From contig JAOOBM010000003.1 in assembly GCA_028404505.1 (NCBI GenBank), forward strand, positions 12,330 through 76,329: a stretch of 64,000 bases of DNA, read 5' to 3'. The notes beneath the pieces were generated by a model. That model worked only from the letters and a program-made list of their open reading frames with translations. It did not search any database and had not been told where the DNA came from. Positions 57,764 through 64,000 of this stretch are shown one piece after another. This stretch comes from Acidimicrobiaceae bacterium. GTDB lineage: Bacteria; Actinomycetota; Acidimicrobiia; Actinomarinales; Actinomarinaceae. The position numbers and the translations under genes were made by a program. Numbering within the stretch: the stretch's first letter is position 1; each line of letters starts with the position of its first letter.

Positions 57764-59261
57764 TGGAGGAAACGCAAGTTCATTACCGTTGGTTGGTGGT
57801 AAGCCTGAACCTACGATTAAAGAACTATCAAGTCCTGGACGCCGTGCATCAAAATTTCCAAAGTTAGATGTACCTGAAGTAAAAATCAACCATGAGTCTC
57901 TTAAAAAAGAGAAAGCTAGACTTCCTGAAGTCTCTGAGCATGATTTGGTTATGCATTATTCAAGACTAGCTCATAGGAACTTCGCTGTAGATCTCGGTTT
58001 TTATCCACTTGGATCTTGCACAATGAAATATAATCCAAGGTTTGCAGATTCTATTGCCTCTGATTCTAGATTTGCAAATATGCATCCCTCAATGCCTGAA
58101 GAATTTACCCAGGGTTGTTTAAAGGTTTATTACGAAATTGGAAACTATCTGTGTGAAATTACTGGGATGGATGATGCTAGTTTTCAACCACCTGCTGGTG
58201 CCTCTGGTGAACTAACAGGCTTATTAATAATCAAAAAATATTTAGAAGTAAACAATATGAATCACAAGACAGAAATTATTGTCCCAGATTCTGCGCATGG
58301 AACTAATCCAGCTTCAGCAAGAATGGCTGGATTTACAGTTGTTGAAGTTGAAACAGATTCTCGCGGAATGGTAAATATTGAAAAATTAAAAGAGATTGTG
58401 AATGACAATACGGCTGGCTTAATGCTAACAAATCCAAATACTGGAGGGTTATTTGAAGAAGAAATCTTAACAATTTCTCAAATAATTCATAATGCTGGAG
58501 GTCTTTTATATTATGATGGTGCGAACCTTAATGCAATAGTTGGGGCATCTAGACCTGGTGACATGGGCTTTGATATAGTTCACTCAAATTTACATAAAAC
58601 ATTTGCAACACCTCACGGAGGTGGTGGACCTGGTTCAGGACCCGTAGCAGTAAAAAGTTTTTTAAGAGAATATTTACCAGGACCAATAGCAGAGAATAAA
58701 GATCGTAAATACAACTGGTATCACCCAGAAAATAGTATCGGTAGGATGCACGGTTATCATGGAAACTTTTTAGTTACTTTGAGAGCATTAGTCTATATGA
58801 AATTACTTGGTAAAGAAGGTCTAGATAAACTCGGCGCTTATGCGGTTTTGAATGCTCGATACTTAAGTTCAAAGGTTTCACAAATTATTCCTCTTGCATA
58901 TGATGAACCATGTATGCATGAGTTTGTAGCTTCTGTAAGAGATCTAAAAAAATCACATAAGATTAAAGCTTATGATGTTGGAAAAGCTTTACTTGATAAA
59001 GGCTTTCATTCACCAACAATTTATTTTCCTTTGATAGTTGAAGAAGCTTTGATGTTCGAGCCAACAGAAACTCAATCAAAAGAAACATTAGACGATCTGG
59101 CAGAAAATCTAAAGTTAATCGTTGATGATCTACAAAAAGATGACACCGTGCTTGAAGATTATCCAAAAAACTTACCTGTTGGAAGGCCTAATGAACTTAT
59201 ACCTGCTAAATATTTAACAGTTAATTGGGGAGACTTTGAACTTCTTGAAATAACTGAATAA
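57750..59261 (+). CDS. gcvPB: glycine dehydrogenase (decarboxylating) subunit 2
   Basis: YPLGSCTMKYNP, PDSAHGTNPAS, NLHKTFATPHGGGGPG (PLP-lysine context). Confidence 0.9.
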   Translation: MIMVSGGNASSLPLVGGKPEPTIKELSSPGRRASKFPKLDVPEVKINHESLKKEKARLPEVSEHDLVMHYSRLAHRNFAVDLGFYPLGSCTMKYNPRFADSIASDSRFANMHPSMPEEFTQGCLKVYYEIGNYLCEITGMDDASFQPPAGASGELTGLLIIKKYLEVNNMNHKTEIIVPDSAHGTNPASARMAGFTVVEVETDSRGMVNIEKLKEIVNDNTAGLMLTNPNTGGLFEEEILTISQIIHNAGGLLYYDGANLNAIVGASRPGDMGFDIVHSNLHKTFATPHGGGGPGSGPVAVKSFLREYLPGPIAENKDRKYNWYHPENSIGRMHGYHGNFLVTLRALVYMKLLGKEGLDKLGAYAVLNARYLSSKVSQIIPLAYDEPCMHEFVASVRDLKKSHKIKAYDVGKALLDKGFHSPTIYFPLIVEEALMFEPTETQSKETLDDLAENLKLIVDDLQKDDTVLEDYPKNLPVGRPNELIPAKYLTVNWGDFELLEITE

Positions 59262-59270
59262 TATGTAAGT

Positions 59271-60917
59271 ATGTCCCTTACAAAGTTAGATATAGACCGG
59301 TTTATAAGCACGTTAAGGACAAAATCAAAAGAATTTAATTCAATCACTAATGTTCAGTTAGCTTCAATGCTAGAAGAAACAATTTCAAATATTAATGAAG
59401 TTGCTTATTTTTGGGCGACGATTTGTTCAGACAATAAAGGAACGACTAAAACGCCTGCTGAGGGTGAGGAATGGGTAGGTGGTCCATATGCGGCAGTATT
59501 AGCTACACAATATTACAGAGATACACTTATCGACGATTCTGATTTAAATAAAGATAAATACAATGAAAAAGAAAATAGTTATAGCGTTTTTCCTAATAAC
59601 TTGATTGAACGTATATCTTTCCCATTCGTAAATGCAAAAGTTCTTTTTAATAAATCAATGTCCTTTGATGATATTAATAAATACAGAGGATTTTCTAAAA
59701 GATATGATATTGATCCATCAATAACACTAGTTTTAGGTGCTGGAAATTACTCCTCAATTCCATATCTCGATGTAATGTATCATCTCGTAACTAGAAGATC
59801 AGTAATATTATTAAAATTAAATCCAGTTAATGAATATTTAAAACCAGTATTTGAAAAAGTTTTTCAAAATTTTATTGAACGTGGTTATATTATTGTTACT
59901 ACAGGCAGTATTGATGAGTCAAAATATATGACAAAACATCCTGGAGTAAATCATATACATCTAACTGGCTCTGATAAAACTTACGAAGATATTGTTTATG
60001 GAAGAGAGCTATCCGTAAATGATAAAAAAGTAAAACAACTTCAAAAAATAAACAATAAGCCAATTACTTCAGAATTAGGTAATGTTACTCCAATTATTAT
60101 TCATCCTGGTAAGTGGTCTACATCGGATATAAAATATCAAGCTCGAAAAATTGTTACTGGAAAATTAAATAACAATGGTTTTAATTGTATATCTGCACAA
60201 GTTGTTGTTCTCCCAGATGGATGGGGACACACAGATACATTAATTAAATACATAAAACACTACATGAACAAGATTAAAGATAGAAAGGCTTATTATCCAG
60301 ATAGCATTGAAAGATTGCAAAAGTTAGAAAAAGATAAAGGTTATGAAAGAGTAAATTCTTTAAGCTGTACAACGCCACATCTTACTCGAGAGATAAAAGC
60401 TTACAATAAATACGAACTAGATGAAGTTTGGTCTTCAGCTTTATACTTCAAAAGAATTAATTATAAAAATGCTGAAGATTTTGCAAATAATGCAATTGAC
60501 TATTGCAACAATGAACTGTGGGGAAATCTTGGTGCATCTGTAATAATTAAAGATCAAAATAAAAAATTTAATCTACATTTAACAGATATTTATATTGATA
60601 AATTAAATTATGGTACCGTTGCAATAAATGAGTGGGCGGCAATGGGATATATTATACCTCAATTACCATGGGGAGGCTTTCCTGGTAATAAAGATAATGA
60701 CATACAAAGTGGTCAATCAGTCGTTCACAATTCATTGCTATTTGAATCACCTTTGAAAGGAGTTGTATATACGAAATTTAGAATGACTAGATTTATTGAC
60801 CCACCATGGTTTATTACAAATAGAAAAGCAAGACGATTATTTAGAAACCTTACATATTATCAAATTAGTAATTCACCAATAAATTTTATAAAGTTAATGT
60901 TTTCAGCACTAATATAA
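59271..60917 (+). CDS. aldehyde dehydrogenase superfamily protein (divergent, about 550 aa)
   Basis: TSELGNVTPIII (ELGG-like block) and NNNGFNCISAQVVV (catalytic Cys block). Confidence 0.6.
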   Translation: MSLTKLDIDRFISTLRTKSKEFNSITNVQLASMLEETISNINEVAYFWATICSDNKGTTKTPAEGEEWVGGPYAAVLATQYYRDTLIDDSDLNKDKYNEKENSYSVFPNNLIERISFPFVNAKVLFNKSMSFDDINKYRGFSKRYDIDPSITLVLGAGNYSSIPYLDVMYHLVTRRSVILLKLNPVNEYLKPVFEKVFQNFIERGYIIVTTGSIDESKYMTKHPGVNHIHLTGSDKTYEDIVYGRELSVNDKKVKQLQKINNKPITSELGNVTPIIIHPGKWSTSDIKYQARKIVTGKLNNNGFNCISAQVVVLPDGWGHTDTLIKYIKHYMNKIKDRKAYYPDSIERLQKLEKDKGYERVNSLSCTTPHLTREIKAYNKYELDEVWSSALYFKRINYKNAEDFANNAIDYCNNELWGNLGASVIIKDQNKKFNLHLTDIYIDKLNYGTVAINEWAAMGYIIPQLPWGGFPGNKDNDIQSGQSVVHNSLLFESPLKGVVYTKFRMTRFIDPPWFITNRKARRLFRNLTYYQISNSPINFIKLMFSALI

Positions 60918-60921
60918 GCAT

Positions 60922-62034
60922 ATGAAAAAATTTGGTTTTATACTTCTTTCTTTTTTACTAGTTTTATGTTCATCTTCAAATGATTCTACTGATGTTGTTG
61001 AAAGTACAACTACATTAGCCCAAGTGAATAATGATTCTCAAGACACAACTACAACTACTGTAAATACATCATCTACTTCTGTAGTTGAAAGTTATGTATA
61101 CGATAAAGAAAAAATGTCACCCTTCACTGGTTTAGAAATAAGCAATGAATTATGGTTAAAAAGACCTCGTAGAGTTATAGCATTCAAAATTGATAATAAT
61201 TATAATGCGCGTCCACAATCTGGTTTACAGGAAGCAGACTCTGTCATGGAGATTCTTGTTGAGGGAGGTATGACTCGCTTCCTTGCTTTTTACTTGGATA
61301 GAACAAGTGATTATGTTGGTCCAATCCGATCAGCAAGGCCAACAGATCCAACAATGGTTAGACCCTATGGTGGTGTATTAGTTGTGTCTGGTGCAACTGC
61401 TGGACTTATTCCTGCTATACGAGAACTTGGCGTACCAGTTTTAGAGGAGGTTAGTTCCCCAACAATGTTTAGAATTGACGAAAGAAAAGCACCACATAAT
61501 CTCTATGCAGACACTGAACTAGTAAGAGAATATATTGATAGTAGAGGATTCTTATTCAATCAGGATGTTAACCCGTTGTATAATTTTGGTACAAATCAAA
61601 ATAATTGGTCTCTAGGAGCAAATAGAGTGACTCTAAAATATAGTGAAAAAACAACTGTCATTTGGAAATTAGATACTGATCAGTACAGTAGATTTATTGC
61701 TGATGGGTATGCACCTAATACTGATGCAGTTGCTCATAACTTTATTACTAGAGATGGTTATGAAGACATTTTAAAATCGCCTACAGTGGTAGTCATTCAA
61801 GGGCCTTTGTATAATGATGAAGCTACAACACTTCCAAGCGTATTAACAGTAGGTGTTGGTCCTGTAACAATATTTCATGAAGGTAAATATATTGAGGGAA
61901 CTTGGAGGAGAAATGATATATCTGATCCTTTTGATTTTCTTGATACAAATCAAAATAAAATAGATGTACCACCAAGTAAACAATGGATACATTTACTTCC
62001 TTTAAATGGTGAAATTACCATTTCTGATAATTAA
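60922..62034 (+). CDS. DUF3048 (YerB-like) lipoprotein with Thr-rich linker
   Basis: Signal peptide with LVLCSSS. KIDNNYNARPQSGLQEADSVMEILVEGGMTRFLAFY...GPIRSARPTDP...APHNLYAD matches DUF3048 as recalled. Confidence 0.7.
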   Translation: MKKFGFILLSFLLVLCSSSNDSTDVVESTTTLAQVNNDSQDTTTTTVNTSSTSVVESYVYDKEKMSPFTGLEISNELWLKRPRRVIAFKIDNNYNARPQSGLQEADSVMEILVEGGMTRFLAFYLDRTSDYVGPIRSARPTDPTMVRPYGGVLVVSGATAGLIPAIRELGVPVLEEVSSPTMFRIDERKAPHNLYADTELVREYIDSRGFLFNQDVNPLYNFGTNQNNWSLGANRVTLKYSEKTTVIWKLDTDQYSRFIADGYAPNTDAVAHNFITRDGYEDILKSPTVVVIQGPLYNDEATTLPSVLTVGVGPVTIFHEGKYIEGTWRRNDISDPFDFLDTNQNKIDVPPSKQWIHLLPLNGEITISDN

Positions 62035-62091
62035 TTTTCATTTAAAAAATACACAATTATAAATTTAGTAAAATAATATTTAGGGTTGCGT

Positions 62092-64000
62092 ATGAATAAA
62101 AAATTACACAAAAGTTTATACTCTAAAAAAGATAGGAGACCAAACTATCCAACTGTCAGTAAGGTTATTGAATCAAATATCGATATTACAGATTCAATCA
62201 ATTTGGACGATGTTTCTCTTAAAAAAAGTAGCAGTGTTAAAAATAAATATACATTATCTTTGTTTTCGGGATTTCTACTTTTGGGTATTGTTACTTATTT
62301 TTCTATAAACACAAACACACAAATTGATACCAGTAGGGACGACATCTCAAATCCAACTGAAGTATCAGATACGATCATTAAATCAACTACAACAGTACCA
62401 ATGCCGTCTACAACAACTTCTACAACTACAGTATCGACAACTACGACAACAATTGTTAAAAAAGAAATTCTAAATCTTGAAGATGCTCAATACCAGCTCT
62501 ATGAGTTAGGTTTATATACTGGAGAAGTTAATGGAGTCCTTGATACTAATACAAAAACAGCCATTAAAGAATTTCAAAAGCGCTCAGGCCTTTTAGTTGA
62601 TGGAATTTTAGGTCCAATTACAAAAGCAGCGTTAGAAAAAGGTGAAGAATCATATATCGCTATTGGTGGAGCTGATATTGATACTTTAGGACAGCTTACT
62701 TATTCCAAAGATATCGAAAATGCACAAATATTACTCAAAGATTTAGATATTTATATCGGAGATATTGATGGTATAAATGGAGTAGCTACGAAAACAGCCA
62801 TTAAAGAATTTCAAAAGCGCTCAGGCCTTTTAGTTGATGGAATTTTAGGTCCAATTACAAAAGCAGCGTTAGAAAAAGGTGAAGAATCATACATTACAGA
62901 GAACAATCAGGCAATATCAGTCGAATCATCTAATAATTCGGCTCTTGATCTGAGATATTATAATCCAAATGAAAATTGTATAACTGGATATGTAAATTCC
63001 TCACAAGTTTGGGTTCCTGATCCTTGTTTTTATCCAGTTTTTGTATATAGGTATGGACAAATAGCACAAGTAAATTCTCAAGCAGAACTTGATGCATATT
63101 TAAGTCAAAATTGGTCACTTACCCAAGAAAAAATATACAATTCACTGGGTGAAGTTCCAACTCAAAATTACATCTCAGGAATTAATTCGCCAGTCAATGG
63201 ACTTCCAATGCCTTCTGGATCAAATAATTCCATAGTTATTGGAATTAAGAATGATAATAATGTAAGAGCTCGACCACAATCCGGTCCTCAAAAAGCTGAT
63301 GCTGTTTTTGAAGTATTAGTTGAAGGGGGTATGACAAGATTTATTAATATTTTCTATCAAAGTGATACTAGCTATCACGGGCCCATTAGGTCAGCACGAC
63401 CTACCGACCCAACAGTTTTAAGACCTTTGGGCGGTGTTTTAGTTGCTAGTGGTGCTACTGGAGGATTAATTCCTGAAATAAATGATATGGGTGTCCCAGT
63501 AATTACTGATAGAAGACCTGAATATTTCAGAATATCATCAAGAAGAGCTCCACATAATTTGTATGCAGATACATCAAAATTAAAATCTATAGCTGTATCA
63601 AAAGGTTATAAGAAAGTTAATGTACCTCAACCTTTGTTTCCATGGGGAGATCCAACTTTTGAAAATTGGCAAAACAACTCATTTTTGAATTTAGTTTTTT
63701 CTGGTTATACCGAGACAACATGGACATGGAATGGATCATCATATTTAAGAACTTATTATGATGCCTATCAAAATCAAAATAAGAATAATATACACAATTG
63801 GCTAGATGAAAACGGCAATACTGGACAAATTTCAGTCGATACTGTTATTGCTCTTTTTTGTGAACCATATGTACATCCTCTACAGTTACCATCTGTTAAA
63901 ACAGTTGGAGAAGGACGGGCAATAATTTTACATGCCGGAAAAATGTTAGATGCTAAATGGAAAAGAGGATCAAACCTAGATCCGTTTCATATTACAGACA
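62092..64000 (+). CDS. membrane-anchored protein with two PG_binding_1 domains fused to a DUF3048 domain; 3' end outside window (absent from ORF track)
   Basis: Hand translation is open from the ATG at 62092 to the window end. It shows a TM helix (LSLFSGFLLLGIVTYF), a Thr-rich linker, two copies of ...TKTAIKEFQKRSGLLVDGILGPITKAAL, then IKNDNNVRARPQSGPQKADAVFEVLVEGGMTRFINIFY...GPIRSARPTDP...APHNLYAD. Confidence 0.75.
   Translation, partial: MNKKLHKSLYSKKDRRPNYPTVSKVIESNIDITDSINLDDVSLKKSSSVKNKYTLSLFSGFLLLGIVTYFSINTNTQIDTSRDDISNPTEVSDTIIKSTTTVPMPSTTTSTTTVSTTTTTIVKKEILNLEDAQYQLYELGLYTGEVNGVLDTNTKTAIKEFQKRSGLLVDGILGPITKAALEKGEESYIAIGGADIDTLGQLTYSKDIENAQILLKDLDIYIGDIDGINGVATKTAIKEFQKRSGLLVDGILGPITKAALEKGEESYITENNQAISVESSNNSALDLRYYNPNENCITGYVNSSQVWVPDPCFYPVFVYRYGQIAQVNSQAELDAYLSQNWSLTQEKIYNSLGEVPTQNYISGINSPVNGLPMPSGSNNSIVIGIKNDNNVRARPQSGPQKADAVFEVLVEGGMTRFINIFYQSDTSYHGPIRSARPTDPTVLRPLGGVLVASGATGGLIPEINDMGVPVITDRRPEYFRISSRRAPHNLYADTSKLKSIAVSKGYKKVNVPQPLFPWGDPTFENWQNNSFLNLVFSGYTETTWTWNGSSYLRTYYDAYQNQNKNNIHNWLDENGNTGQISVDTVIALFCEPYVHPLQLPSVKTVGEGRAIILHAGKMLDAKWKRGSNLDPFHITD
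62554..62654 (+). repeat. 101-bp perfect direct repeat, copy 1 (inside PG-binding domain 1)
   Basis: Identical base for base to 62791..62891 (aaaacagccattaaagaatttcaaaagcgctcagg...ggtgaagaatcata). Confidence 0.9.
62791..62891 (+). repeat. 101-bp perfect direct repeat, copy 2 (inside PG-binding domain 2)
   Basis: Offset of 237 bp (79 codons) from copy 1, in frame. Confidence 0.9.

Noticed and set aside
62930-63118. 62-aa minus-strand ORF, the only track entry after 62034
   Set aside because: It lies antisense within the long open + strand frame (62092..>64000), which has clear domain homology.
1-64000. CRISPR arrays, IS elements, transposases, integrases, prophage genes, rRNA
   Set aside because: None was seen. 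The only sizeable nucleotide repeat I noticed is the 101-bp intragenic duplication at 62554/62791. My repeat search was by eye and could miss dispersed short repeats.

Overview
This is a very AT-rich, tightly packed chromosomal segment. GC looks like roughly one third by eye; I did not compute it. I could not run any searches, so every call rests on reading the supplied translations and the DNA.

The gene content and order look actinobacterial:
- dapB-dapA-ftsK, then cinA-recA-miaB-miaA-dapF.
- lexA divergent from a LysM gene followed by nrdR, then dut.
- Several F420-type enzymes (LLM oxidoreductases, a DDN-family deazaflavin protein) and a mycothiol/DinB-type protein.

Together with the low GC and the overlapping genes, this suggests a streamlined marine actinobacterium, possibly Actinomarinales-like. 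That assignment is inference only.

Other content:
- A phnDCEE phosphonate ABC transporter, a gcvH-T-PA-PB glycine cleavage operon, glpK and a GH1 glycosidase.
- A haloalkane dehalogenase, a GGT-family enzyme, umuD/umuC, an SRAP peptidase and three tRNAs (Gly-GCC, Cys-GCA, Val-GAC).
- Many lipoproteins with Thr-rich linkers.
- No CRISPR array, transposase, integrase or rRNA was seen.

The observations most worth follow-up:
1. A thioredoxin-fold lipoprotein (26375..26836, minus) is split by the ORF caller at an in-frame TGA. The TGA sits exactly at the first Cys of the CxxC motif, and a hairpin follows where a SECIS element would lie. This is a candidate selenoprotein.
2. A translationally coupled VWA/HExxH protein plus CobS-like AAA protein pair (15760..18698) has no CobN and shows an apparent reciprocal swap of Walker A and Walker B residues.
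3. A coupled operon (2..3379) encodes MTHFS, an LLM oxidoreductase, a CCAEP-tail radical SAM protein and a flavin reductase. Its function is unknown.
4. An open-ended CDS missing from the ORF track (62092..>64000) fuses two PG-binding domains to DUF3048 and carries a perfect 101-bp in-frame direct repeat.
5. umuD and umuC are divergent. UmuD has a long AT-hook-like N-terminal arm, and an 18-bp palindrome lies between the two genes.

Several small ORFs below the track's size cutoff and a recurring leaderless-type promoter geometry are also reported.
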